From a virus (Duplodnaviria; Caudoviricetes): a DNA stretch of 64,000 nucleotides. Of this stretch, positions 19,341 through 28,593 are shown piece by piece. The notes beneath the pieces were generated by a model. That model was given only the letters and a program-made list of their open reading frames with translations. It made no database searches and was not told the origin of the DNA. The stretch lies in IMG/VR virus record IMGVR_UViG_3300047382_000771, positions 64,001 through 128,000 of that record; one strand, written 5' to 3'. The stretch's first letter is position 1, and each line of letters starts with the position of its first letter. The translations under genes were made by a program, and so were the position numbers.

Positions 19341-20357
19341 TTAAAAGTCGTCTTCTAATGATCCTGCCTGTTGGTATTCTCTAACTCTGCGCTCAAAGAA
19401 ATTACCCATAGCTTGCACATCTACAACCTCACCCAACCAGGGGAATGGGTTTTTATCACTAGGGAAACGAAAATCTAAACCGATTCCTTCTAATCTCCTA
19501 TTGCCTATATAATGCATGTAGTCAACGAACATTTCCGCATTCAAGCCCAAGATACCTGTCGGTAAAACATCGTGAGCATAGGCTATTTCAAGCTCTACAG
19601 CTTTTTTGATATGGTTGACAAATTCATCTTGGATTTCTTTGGTCCAAATTTCTGGGTTTTGCTCAATCAATGTATTGATTAAATATGTCCCAAAAGCTAT
19701 GTGGGAACTTTCATCTCTCAAAGTGTATTTAATTTGGTCAGAGACCCCTTGGAGTTTATTCTGGCGACCAAGAGCTAGAAGCATTGCGAAGCCGCTGAAG
19801 AAAAATGTACCCTCACAAACAATCCAGTAGGTCAAGAAATTTCTCAACAACTCTTGTTTGCCCTCTATGGTGGAAGTACTAAAATCATTTCTGGTTAAAT
19901 CATTAGTGATGCTCATTAAGAAGTCGTCTTTAGCCTTGATACTAGGTATAGTTTCGTAGGCTGTGTAAACTTCATCTATATCTAAGTCTAGACTATCGCA
20001 AATATAGACTACGGTTAAATTGTGCAAACTCTCTTCAAAGGCCTGCCTTAAGATGTACTGCCTACATTCCGCATCTGTGATATATTTAAACGCAGATAAT
20101 AATAAATTATTGCCCACTAAAGATTCAGACCCAGCAAAGAAACCTAAGCATCTTTTGACTAAAAGTTTTTCATCTTCTGTGATTTCGTCACCTTTCCATT
20201 GTTTGATATCATTTTGCATTGATATCTCAGTAGGCATCCAGTTGTTTGCGCAACTTTTTAAAAACAAGTCCCAGGCATATTTGTGTTTATGCGGAAGGAT
20301 CCTGTTGACGCCAGCAATATTTTCAGTTAAAAGTTGTCCTGTCTTATTAGTATTCAT
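19341..20357 (-). CDS. nrdB: Ribonucleotide reductase beta subunit, class Ic (R2c) signature
   Basis: NNWMPTE, FFAGSESLVGNN (E78), QAFEESLHNLTVVY (H112, V116), EGTFFFSGF, RDESSH and FFERRVREYQ. Confidence 0.95.
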   Translation of the reverse strand: MNTNKTGQLLTENIAGVNRILPHKHKYAWDLFLKSCANNWMPTEISMQNDIKQWKGDEITEDEKLLVKRCLGFFAGSESLVGNNLLLSAFKYITDAECRQYILRQAFEESLHNLTVVYICDSLDLDIDEVYTAYETIPSIKAKDDFLMSITNDLTRNDFSTSTIEGKQELLRNFLTYWIVCEGTFFFSGFAMLLALGRQNKLQGVSDQIKYTLRDESSHIAFGTYLINTLIEQNPEIWTKEIQDEFVNHIKKAVELEIAYAHDVLPTGILGLNAEMFVDYMHYIGNRRLEGIGLDFRFPSDKNPFPWLGEVVDVQAMGNFFERRVREYQQAGSLEDDF

Positions 20358-20366
20358 AGTGTGATC

Positions 20367-20395
20367 ATTATATAACGAAACTAAACTAATGTCAA
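20367..20395 (-). promoter_or_regulatory. Consensus sigma70 promoter of nrdB
   Basis: Minus strand reads TTGACA-N17-TATAAT, then 9 nt to ATG. Confidence 0.85.
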
Positions 20396-20458
20396 GATCA
20401 ATTTTATTTCCATAAAGTTAAAATAAGAACTATAACGCATAATAAAATAAGTCCCCAA

Positions 20459-20848
20459 TTACTTTTTTCGTTTAAATATCCCTTTAGCATAATTGTAAAA
20501 ATATAATATTAACCCTGGGAATGTAAAAATCAAGCAACAACCTATAATAAATAAAAAAGTAAACGCAGAATTAGATATACTATCGGGAGTGATGGAGGAT
20601 AATGGATAGTCCATTTCTTTAGTGATATTTAATTCATCCGATTTAATTATAGGTTTCATCGTTTTATTCGGTTGTTGTAATGTTTTTAGTTTACTGACAA
20701 CCTTTGTAGAACAAGAGCTTAATCCGAGAGTAAATAAGACATAAAGGCTAAGTAGCCATATATAGTGAGATAGTAAGCGAGGAAACTTGATAAACATAAT
20801 ATTGCTGATAGCAAAAGAGCTATTTTGTCTTTCATAATTTATATTCAT
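20459..20848 (-). CDS. Putative lipoprotein with C-terminal TM segment (u-spanin-like topology)
   Basis: Hydrophobic signal ending in LGLSSC and a C-terminal TM followed by KRKK. Confidence 0.45.
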   Translation of the reverse strand: MNINYERQNSSFAISNIMFIKFPRLLSHYIWLLSLYVLFTLGLSSCSTKVVSKLKTLQQPNKTMKPIIKSDELNITKEMDYPLSSITPDSISNSAFTFLFIIGCCLIFTFPGLILYFYNYAKGIFKRKK

Positions 20849-20849
20849 T

Positions 20850-21155
20850 TTATATAGAGCGCAATGAATTAATTATAAAAGCTAAGTTCCCAGCATGTAT
20901 GTTTGGTATTTTAAGGTTTCCTTTTGTAGTTGAAATGGTAAATCCGTATTCTTTTTCGTCTTCTGTTAGTAAATATGATATAAAATCATGCGCCCCATGT
21001 CTTTTTAACCAATCCCAATATATACTGCGAGTTCCATTTTTACAGCGAAGTAAAACATCTTCGCAGCGATATACTTTCGCATACAGTGTAACATCCCTAA
21101 AACATGAAATTTCGCTAGGAGGCTCAGATAGAACCGAATCTATAATTAATTTCAT
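20850..21155 (-). CDS. Hypothetical protein (start moved to ATG 21155)
   Basis: The ORF-track start at 21173 overlaps the GTGTAT motif; an in-frame ATG (MKLII) lies 8 nt after the hexamer. Confidence 0.6.
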   Translation of the reverse strand: MKLIIDSVLSEPPSEISCFRDVTLYAKVYRCEDVLLRCKNGTRSIYWDWLKRHGAHDFISYLLTEDEKEYGFTISTTKGNLKIPNIHAGNLAFIINSLRSI

Positions 21156-21159
21156 GCAT

Positions 21160-21169
21160 AATAATACAC
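21160..21169 (-). promoter_or_regulatory. GTGTAH motif
   Basis: GTGTATTATT; 8 nt before ATG 21155. Confidence 0.55.
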
Positions 21170-21179
21170 ACAAAAAAAA

Positions 21180-21581
21180 CTAGCAGTTCGATTTTATAAT
21201 TTTTACTATCTTGCTATCTATTAAATATGGGAACCTATCTAGCTCTTCAACTTTAAACCAACCGTACTCTGTATGCTCTTCATTCAGGTTAACATTAGGT
21301 ATTTCATCGAAGTTGTATTTGAATATGTCAAAAGTATTTGAACCCTTATATATAGTTTTGCAGAAAACAAGGTCTATTGGAGATATTTTTATGCCCGTTT
21401 CTTCGTCCAGTTCTCTGCTGGCACAAACCCTAGGAGACTCTGCAGGAGGCTCTCTTGAGCCTGCAAATATACTCCAGTAACCACTGTAGGCGATCTCTGG
21501 CCCTTCTATGCGTCTAGCCAAAAGGACTAAGGAATTATTATATATAATACAACCAGCAGCACTCACTGCCAATATGTACAC
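21180..21581 (-). CDS. Nudix hydrolase
   Basis: Nudix box variant GSREPPAESPRVCASRELDEETGI and LNEEHTEYGW; the real start may be GTG 21566. Confidence 0.9.
   Translation of the reverse strand: MYILAVSAAGCIIYNNSLVLLARRIEGPEIAYSGYWSIFAGSREPPAESPRVCASRELDEETGIKISPIDLVFCKTIYKGSNTFDIFKYNFDEIPNVNLNEEHTEYGWFKVEELDRFPYLIDSKIVKIIKSNC
21572..21581 (-). promoter_or_regulatory. GTGTAH motif
   Basis: GTGTACATAT; 9 nt before the in-frame GTG 21566. Confidence 0.55.
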
Positions 21582-21585
21582 CTAA

Positions 21586-24084
21586 TTACTGGCAACTTTC
21601 ACAGATTTCTCCATTTTTCATAGCCTCGATACTACAAGCAGAGGCTTCGGTTGTTTCCTTGGATTCCGTTTCAGACGAAGAGGGGGTGGATTTCTCAATT
21701 TTACTAGCAGCCCTATTCCTTAAATAGTAGGTTGTTTTTAAACCATCTTCCCATGACTTCATATATATATCATTAAGATACTTGAGAGATGTCCCTTTAT
21801 TATACAGATTAAAACTAATCGATTGATCGAACCACTTTTGCCTAGAAGCATTACATTCAATCAACTTGATCATATCCCTGTCGAAAGCTGTTTTATATTT
21901 TTCCTTAATACGATCAGGTATAGATCCATTGAGTAGAGATAAATCTCCATCGCAACTTTTAACTAAAGCTGCCATTTCGCTATTCCATAAACCTATGTCC
22001 TTCATGTCTTTAACGAAATGAGGGTTTGTGATGTAAAAATTCCCGCTCTTATTTTCGTAAACGAATAAAACAGAAAAGTTTGGCTCAATGCTTTGTTCTA
22101 CACCATTAATGTAACCTATTGTTGCGGTAGGCGCAATAGCCATGACATTGGAGTTTCTCATGCCAAATTCAGCGATGTGATCCCTGACAGTTTTCCAGTC
22201 ATCAAGAGATTCACCCTTGCCTTTTGGTGGGGATTTTCTCTCTTGGACTTGGTCGTTGTATTGGTATGTCTTGTTCCTGTATGCCATTAGATTATTGTAA
22301 GAATCTATAGGGAGTATGTTTTGACTCCACAGAGAACCTTCGTAAGTTTCATAAGAACCTCTTTCTTTTGCTAATTTAGAGCTAGCAAGAATAGCTTGTT
22401 TGCTAAAAAACTCAAAGAAAGAATCGTTCCATTTAACGGCTTCGTCGCTATCAATATTAATATTCATTACATGCAATACATCATGAATACCCATGACACC
22501 CAAGCCTATAGGCCTGTTCTTGAGATTGGAGTTACTAGACTCCTTTGTTGGGTAGAAATTAATATCAATAACATTATCTAACATTCTTACCGCTGTATGT
22601 ATTGATTCTTTTAATTTTTCGTAATCAAATACATAACTACTTTTACCATGAGTCATCTTTTCCTTGACATGATTGAGTAGATTAATAGAACCTAAATTAC
22701 AAACAGCAGTTTCTCCTATCTCTGTTTTTTCTCCTTTACTGTACTTTGAGGCTTTTGTGTGGAGAGTTATTTCTGTACAAAGATTACTACTATGAACTAC
22801 TCCTTCGTGCTGATTAGTATAACGTATGTTACAGGGATCCTTAAATGTACTCCATGGGTGAGAAGTTTCAAATAAAACCTTTAACATTTTTTTCCATAAC
22901 TCTTTTGCAGGGCTTACTCTGTAATTTTTAATTAAACCTTCCTCTGCTTTAGCGCATAGTTCATTGTATTTTTTATCAAATTCAGCCCCAAAGCAATCGT
23001 GTAAATCAGCTTCTGTTGGGTCAAAAAAGTACCAATCATCTTCGTTCTGTACTCTCCTCATGAACTCATCTGGAATCCAAGACGCAGTATTCATATCGTG
23101 ACAACGTAATCTGTCATCTCCAGTATTTCTTCTTAAGTTGAGGAAATCTTCGTAATCCAAATGCCAGGGCTCTAGATAAGCACAGCCTGCTCCAGGCCTT
23201 TTACCTCCCTGGTTAACTGCAACCAGAAGATCATTGTATATTTTTAACCAAGGTATTAAACCTCCAGATATACCATTCGTTCCTTTAATGTGAGAACCAG
23301 CAGAGCGAAACGGAGTGACATCAAAACCTAAACCTCCTGCAAATTTTGACTTGCGAGCTTCTTGCCAAGCCCCATCAAAAATTCCATCAATACTGTCGTC
23401 AAAGGTATTTAAATAACAAGAGCTAAGTTGAGAATGCGTGGTACCACTATTGAATAAAGTGGGTGTTGAGGACGTGTAAAGTTGTTGGCTTATCAGATTG
23501 TAAAACTCTATAGCTTTTTCGTTCTTATCTTTCTCGTTTAAGGCTAAACCCATGGCGACCCTCATGTAGAAAGACTGTGGAGCTTCCATCACTTTATTAT
23601 CAAGTCTTATAAAGTACCTGTCATACAAAATTTGTATGCCGAGATATTTTAAGTTCCTGTCTCTTCTAATAGAAATTGCTTCTGACAATTTAGAGAGATC
23701 GAAGTCGAGCAACTTACTATCTAACCTTTCTTCTTTTACTAATTTTTTAGTATTCTGAATAAAACTTTTCCTGTACTGGAGCTTGAACGCATCCGAATCC
23801 GCGCTTTCTTTAAATACTTCTTTATACAAAGTATTGAGTAATAATCCCGCTGCAGCGTAGGAATAGTTTGGTTCTTTCTCTATCTTTTCCCTTGCCGAAA
23901 AAATCAGAGCTTGGTCTATCTCTCTCGTAGTGATTTTATCAAATAGCTGAAGCTGTGCGTCTAGCACTATCTCGCTAGCTGATACATCTTCAATGCCTTC
24001 ACACGCTCTTTGGGCGCTGGCATTAATTTTCTCTACAGTAAAGTCTTCTAATCTTCCGTTTCTCTTCTTAACTTTTATATCCAT
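21586..24084 (-). CDS. nrdA: Ribonucleotide reductase alpha subunit with N-terminal ATP cone
   Basis: VKKRNG ATP cone, STPTLFNSG, LSSCYL, SSNLCTEI, AVCNLGS, IAPTAT, KTTYYLR and C-terminal CESCQ. Confidence 0.97.
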   Translation of the reverse strand: MDIKVKKRNGRLEDFTVEKINASAQRACEGIEDVSASEIVLDAQLQLFDKITTREIDQALIFSAREKIEKEPNYSYAAAGLLLNTLYKEVFKESADSDAFKLQYRKSFIQNTKKLVKEERLDSKLLDFDLSKLSEAISIRRDRNLKYLGIQILYDRYFIRLDNKVMEAPQSFYMRVAMGLALNEKDKNEKAIEFYNLISQQLYTSSTPTLFNSGTTHSQLSSCYLNTFDDSIDGIFDGAWQEARKSKFAGGLGFDVTPFRSAGSHIKGTNGISGGLIPWLKIYNDLLVAVNQGGKRPGAGCAYLEPWHLDYEDFLNLRRNTGDDRLRCHDMNTASWIPDEFMRRVQNEDDWYFFDPTEADLHDCFGAEFDKKYNELCAKAEEGLIKNYRVSPAKELWKKMLKVLFETSHPWSTFKDPCNIRYTNQHEGVVHSSNLCTEITLHTKASKYSKGEKTEIGETAVCNLGSINLLNHVKEKMTHGKSSYVFDYEKLKESIHTAVRMLDNVIDINFYPTKESSNSNLKNRPIGLGVMGIHDVLHVMNINIDSDEAVKWNDSFFEFFSKQAILASSKLAKERGSYETYEGSLWSQNILPIDSYNNLMAYRNKTYQYNDQVQERKSPPKGKGESLDDWKTVRDHIAEFGMRNSNVMAIAPTATIGYINGVEQSIEPNFSVLFVYENKSGNFYITNPHFVKDMKDIGLWNSEMAALVKSCDGDLSLLNGSIPDRIKEKYKTAFDRDMIKLIECNASRQKWFDQSISFNLYNKGTSLKYLNDIYMKSWEDGLKTTYYLRNRAASKIEKSTPSSSETESKETTEASACSIEAMKNGEICESCQ

Positions 24085-24089
24085 GAAAG

Positions 24090-24099
24090 TAATTTACAC
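24090..24099 (-). promoter_or_regulatory. GTGTAH motif
   Basis: GTGTAAATTA; 9 nt before the nrdA ATG. Confidence 0.65.
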
Positions 24100-24148
24100 G
24101 ATCTTGTGTGGGGTTTTAAAAAAATACAATTAAATTGTTATCTTTTAT

Positions 24149-24177
24149 AGATTAGCACATTTTTATGTGTATGACAA
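24149..24177 (-). promoter_or_regulatory. Possible sigma70-type promoter of nrdA with a palindrome in the spacer
   Basis: Minus strand reads TTGTCA-N17-TAATCT; the spacer contains CACAT-N4-ATGTG (24156-24169). Confidence 0.5.
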
Positions 24178-24186
24178 GACTATAAT

Positions 24187-25218
24187 TCAAGAGTTGTTAA
24201 CAAAATCATTTTGGTACATCTTTTCTACTAATTTATTAAAGTCTGTTTTTCTTGTCCAACCTAACTCTGTTTCAGCCATAGAGGGGTCTCCGCAAAGCTT
24301 GTGTACTTCTGCTGGTCTATAAAAATTGGGGTCAACTTCGAAAAATAATTTACCGTCGAGGGTGAAGTATTTTTCATTAACACCTTCTCCTCTTGAGATA
24401 AATGGTATATCTGCGTAAGCGAGACTAAGGTTTAAGAATTCTCTGACAGAGTGCATCTCCCCGCTGGCTAGAATATAATTTTTTGGCGAATCTTGGTTTA
24501 ACATTAACCATACACCCTCCATAAAATCTTCTGCGTCACTCCAATCTCTTTTAGCTTCTATGTTGCCTAATTTAAGTAGGGGCAGTTCGTCTGCATTTGA
24601 GTTTATTGCTTTTTTAAGTTTAGCTATTGAGTGGGAGATCTTCCTGGTGACAAAATCTAAACCCCTCCTAGATCCCTCATGGTTGAAGAGCCAGCCTTGA
24701 ACGGCATATAAACCGTAAGATTCTTTATAAACTCTAACTATGTGCCTCGCTGCACATTTAGCTGCCCCGTAAGGAGATTGGGGGTTTAATGGATGAGACT
24801 CGTTTTGAGGTGTGTACTCTACATCTCCAAACTCTTCAGATGATCCAGCATTATAAAAATTACAATGTGGGGAAAACCTTCTTATGGACTCCAAGATATG
24901 CAGGACTGAGTTTGAGTCTGTCTCCCATGTTTGTATGGGGTAATCCCAGCTCCCAGCAACGAATGACTGTGCTGCAAAGTTAATAAAGTAATCTGGCTGT
25001 ATGTCAATAATAACATCCCTGATACTATGAGCATCGTTTAGGTCCATGTTTAGTAATTGAAATCTGGGCTCTTTCTCTAGATGGAGGATATTACCATGGT
25101 TTTTGACACTCAACCTTCTCGCTGTTCCGTATATCATGTGCTTAGTATTGGCTAGAAGGTAATCAACCATGTGGCTTCCGTCTTGACCTGTAACTCCTGT
25201 GACTATAATTTTTTTCAT
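24187..25218 (-). CDS. gmd: GDP-mannose 4,6-dehydratase
   Basis: GVTGQDG, AAQSFV, SSEEFG, SPYGAAK, FNHEG.RRG..FVTRKI and RDW; start placed at MKKII (ATGA overlap with GT11). Confidence 0.95.
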   Translation of the reverse strand: MKKIIVTGVTGQDGSHMVDYLLANTKHMIYGTARRLSVKNHGNILHLEKEPRFQLLNMDLNDAHSIRDVIIDIQPDYFINFAAQSFVAGSWDYPIQTWETDSNSVLHILESIRRFSPHCNFYNAGSSEEFGDVEYTPQNESHPLNPQSPYGAAKCAARHIVRVYKESYGLYAVQGWLFNHEGSRRGLDFVTRKISHSIAKLKKAINSNADELPLLKLGNIEAKRDWSDAEDFMEGVWLMLNQDSPKNYILASGEMHSVREFLNLSLAYADIPFISRGEGVNEKYFTLDGKLFFEVDPNFYRPAEVHKLCGDPSMAETELGWTRKTDFNKLVEKMYQNDFVNNS

Positions 25219-26003
25219 AACATTTGTATCCATTCTTCGGGGATTATATCTCGATAACCAGGACCTTCTGGGCCAAACCATTTAGATGGTGCGATAATTT
25301 TCTTTTGTTTATTTTGGTTTAACCATGCAGCCCACCAGCTAAAACTACTATTTGCGATAATATTGTTTTCACAGCAACTCATGATTTTGAGGTCCTCTAG
25401 ATTGGAGTTACCTTCCATGAATATCATGTTCGGATATTTTAGTGAATTCTTGCACCATTGTATATCATCTGAGAATACGAATATATTACCACTTGGGTTA
25501 ATTTCTTCAAGGGCTTTATTATAATAATCAGCACTTAAATTTAAGTGGTATTTAGGAGCATTTAAATAATCCGTGCGTCTTATATGTATGGAGCAAGATC
25601 CAAGGAAGTCGAAGTTGGTAAACTTAGGGTTTTCTCCAAAATCTAATAAATTAATAATACCCTCTCTATGATGTTTGAAATATTTCTCCGATTGCCAGAA
25701 GCCGTCAAGCAATAGATTGCCATCAAGGGTGCTCAGATCTAGGTGATTGTAGAAATTTTCATCGCTAATTTTGTAAACTTTTTTGCTAAAAAAGTCATCC
25801 ATGATTTGGCCTTCGAATCTATCTATTTTTATTTTCTCAAAGTTTTGAAGGTCAAACGTCCTTGGAGTACAACCCTTGCAACCACCTCTAAAAAAAGAAT
25901 CATCTAGGTATAGGTCTAGTCCGTAATCTAAACTTAATGAATAACCGTAGGCCCATTGAAAGATTTGATTAGCTAGTCCACCTTGTATTTTGGATACTAT
26001 CAT
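25215..26003 (-). CDS. Alpha-1,2-fucosyltransferase (GT11)
   Basis: GGLANQIFQ, GFWQSEKYF, IHIRRTDY, VFSDDIQW and IIANSSFSWWAAWL; start placed at MIVSK (ATGA overlap). Confidence 0.92.
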   Translation of the reverse strand: MIVSKIQGGLANQIFQWAYGYSLSLDYGLDLYLDDSFFRGGCKGCTPRTFDLQNFEKIKIDRFEGQIMDDFFSKKVYKISDENFYNHLDLSTLDGNLLLDGFWQSEKYFKHHREGIINLLDFGENPKFTNFDFLGSCSIHIRRTDYLNAPKYHLNLSADYYNKALEEINPSGNIFVFSDDIQWCKNSLKYPNMIFMEGNSNLEDLKIMSCCENNIIANSSFSWWAAWLNQNKQKKIIAPSKWFGPEGPGYRDIIPEEWIQML

Positions 26004-26602
26004 ATTTCCACATACCAATTATGGTGACTTAAGACATTAACACCCAGACCCTTAGAGTTGAAGAAACGGTCTACACATTGTGAAACATGAGGGAAGTTAG
26101 GGTGATTGTAATCGTGCCCTGAAAGTATGCCTCCTGACCTTATTTTCGGAAACCAATTTTCTATATCTTGCTTGACAAATTTTTCAAAATGATTCCCGTC
26201 TATGTATACGAAATCCAAAGACGCATCTTCGAATAGTTCGTAGCATTCATTGGATAATTTCCTAATAAGCTCGAATCTATCTCCGTAGAAAGACATTCTA
26301 CCCTTGACCATGAGGTGTAGATCATCTTGCTTCTCTTGTTCTAAATTCCTCGAATCCCCTTTGTATTCGGAATAATTTAAATAAGGATCTATGCCGTAAA
26401 GTTTTGTGATATTAGTTTTATCTAAAATACTAATAGAATGACCACCATAAGCTACACCAACCTCTACCCCGATCTCATAATTATTGTCATTAATTATATT
26501 GGGTATATCGTTATGCCACTCTTTCCATTCCGAAAGATTTTCAGAAGGATATTTTGCAGTATATTTAACTTCGATTTCTTTTTGTTGTTTTTTACTTATC
26601 AT
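26000..26602 (-). CDS. Class I SAM methyltransferase (Methyltransf_24-like)
   Basis: GVEVGVAYG, LYGIDPY, LDFVYIDGNH and GGILSGHDY. Confidence 0.88.
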   Translation of the reverse strand: MISKKQQKEIEVKYTAKYPSENLSEWKEWHNDIPNIINDNNYEIGVEVGVAYGGHSISILDKTNITKLYGIDPYLNYSEYKGDSRNLEQEKQDDLHLMVKGRMSFYGDRFELIRKLSNECYELFEDASLDFVYIDGNHFEKFVKQDIENWFPKIRSGGILSGHDYNHPNFPHVSQCVDRFFNSKGLGVNVLSHHNWYVEI

Positions 26603-26608
26603 GAGAGG

Positions 26609-27340
26609 TTAAAACATAGACCTTAATTGGGCGGATATTTTCTGAGACTCAAAAGAGTTCTGGGTGTACCAACTGTCTTTAGAGGTTATGTCGTGATTAT
26701 ACTTTAGGCCTGGAACTATATTTAGCTTGAAGTTTTTTTCATTCCTAAAACATAAACATAACACATATAGCACATCAACACCGAGTGGGTTTATTGGGTT
26801 TTTACAAGATTCAATACAAGAGGTGTAAGTGTGTTTGTTGACTAGAAAATTGCCTGTATTAATTAAACACTGGTCAATTGAATCTTTGGAATAAATTAGA
26901 CCCCTGAAATCATCAATATCTAAAGTCCTGCCTGAGTAACGGGAATAATCGAGAGAGGGCGAATTACATTTAGCTAAGCTTGGTAGATAAAAAGTTTTAC
27001 TATCCAATTCACCTGGTAATGAATCTAAATAATCAGTACCGATAATATTGTCAGAGTCGAGTAGAACCACCCAATCATTTGAGGCAAGATCTATAGCTTT
27101 ATATTTATTTAGGAAGGCTCCTAGGTTTTCTGTATTCCTGTGTATTTTTAGCTTTTTAGATCCTATACATTGCACTTGGTCAGATAGGTCATTGAAAATA
27201 CTTGGCTTGGAGTGATCATCTAAAATAATAATTTCATCAACCCTGTCATCGTTTACAACGTTGTGGAAAGATCTAATTGTTTCACTAGACCTATTGTAGG
27301 ATGTGATAGCTAGGGTAATTTTATTTAACATATAATGCAT
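26609..27340 (-). CDS. GT-A fold glycosyltransferase (GT2-like)
   Basis: ITSYNR, IIILDDHS, NLGAFLNK and LLDSDN. Confidence 0.8.
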   Translation of the reverse strand: MHYMLNKITLAITSYNRSSETIRSFHNVVNDDRVDEIIILDDHSKPSIFNDLSDQVQCIGSKKLKIHRNTENLGAFLNKYKAIDLASNDWVVLLDSDNIIGTDYLDSLPGELDSKTFYLPSLAKCNSPSLDYSRYSGRTLDIDDFRGLIYSKDSIDQCLINTGNFLVNKHTYTSCIESCKNPINPLGVDVLYVLCLCFRNEKNFKLNIVPGLKYNHDITSKDSWYTQNSFESQKISAQLRSMF

Positions 27341-27941
27341 CCCCCCATTCGTACTCTGTCATTTTAGTTTCCTTTCTGGAGAAACCAAACTGGCTTAGGT
27401 AGTAGTCAATTTCATCTATCAGTGCACAGTTTTTATATAAATGTGCGGTGTTGACTTCTGTATAAATAAGGTCTATTGAATTTATTAAATTACCCGCACC
27501 CTTGAGAGCTAAGAGTTCCGCCCCTTGGATATCTATATTTAAAAAGTTATAAGAACTTATGTCAATTGAGTTTTCTTTAATTAAAGAATCGAGACGCTTT
27601 GTCTTCACTTTTATCGTCTCAGTAACATGTATGTGTGGGTGATGTATAGTATGTTTGCCTAAATCAAGTATTGAGGAAGACTCCCCGTTGTTTGTTATAT
27701 GGAAATCTAACTCTTGGTTATCAGTATCTGTAATCGCATAATTAAAGACACACTCAGGGCTTGGTGTATTGTTTGTTTTGCAAATAGATTTGTATTTGGA
27801 AGGGTTAGCCTCAATCCATATGGTGTTTTCTAAACCATGAAGAAGGTAGTCATTCCTTTCCTCCATAAGGTGAGCACCTATATGTATAATACCTTTTGGA
27901 GTACCATACTTAGATACTATATCTTTGAATTTAATTAACAT
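27321..27941 (-). CDS. FkbM-family methyltransferase
   Basis: IIHIGAH, IEANP, SSSILD, LNIDIQGAELLALKG and EVN. Confidence 0.88.
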   Translation of the reverse strand: MLIKFKDIVSKYGTPKGIIHIGAHLMEERNDYLLHGLENTIWIEANPSKYKSICKTNNTPSPECVFNYAITDTDNQELDFHITNNGESSSILDLGKHTIHHPHIHVTETIKVKTKRLDSLIKENSIDISSYNFLNIDIQGAELLALKGAGNLINSIDLIYTEVNTAHLYKNCALIDEIDYYLSQFGFSRKETKMTEYEWGDALYVK

Positions 27942-28591
27942 TATAAGATTTTACTTAGGTCGTGCTTCTTAGTATTGAAGTTACTTTCTGAATGAACTCT
28001 ATGAAAGACGAGGCTGATTGGTATATTATGGAAAAGGTAGCCTTTTTTCAATAGCTTTAACCAAAAGTCAAAATCCTCTATTCCATCTAAAGACTCATCC
28101 CAGCCCCCAATTTCAAGTGCGTGTTGTTTTTTGAACACCGCACTAGAATTTGCTGTCTGGTTATCTCCAGAAAGGGATTTGTTTTTTATTTTACTATGCT
28201 CCATAGATAAGTCTGGTTGACCGCATGGTTTATTGTTTTCATCTATGTAAGTTATGAAGGAGCCAATCACATCGAATTTATCAATGTACTTTACCTGCTC
28301 TTTTAGTTTATCTTGATGCCATAAATCGTCGTCATCTTGGATAGCACAAAAATCATAATTAGACTCTTTAATTAATTTATTAAGAGTTTTGGCTTTCCCC
28401 TTGTCGTTAGCATAATCAAAAACCCTAATCCTAGTATCACTAAATGAATTAACTAAATCTTTTGAGTTATCAGTCGTTCCGTTGAACCCTACTAATAATT
28501 CCCAGTCCGTGAAATTTTGATTTAATATAGATTCGATACTTGATTTTATATATTTTTCTCCATTATATGTCGCTAGTAGAATAGAAATCAT
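27941..28591 (-). CDS. Glycosyltransferase family 2
   Basis: ISILLATYNGEKYI, QDDDD and EDFDFW. Confidence 0.9.
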   Translation of the reverse strand: MISILLATYNGEKYIKSSIESILNQNFTDWELLVGFNGTTDNSKDLVNSFSDTRIRVFDYANDKGKAKTLNKLIKESNYDFCAIQDDDDLWHQDKLKEQVKYIDKFDVIGSFITYIDENNKPCGQPDLSMEHSKIKNKSLSGDNQTANSSAVFKKQHALEIGGWDESLDGIEDFDFWLKLLKKGYLFHNIPISLVFHRVHSESNFNTKKHDLSKIL

Positions 28592-28593
28592 TA

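Noticed and set aside
24155-24170. NrdR box upstream of nrdA
   Set aside because: The flanks match but the central A-t-A-T-a-T core does not, and there is no tandem second box; kept only as an unexplained palindrome.
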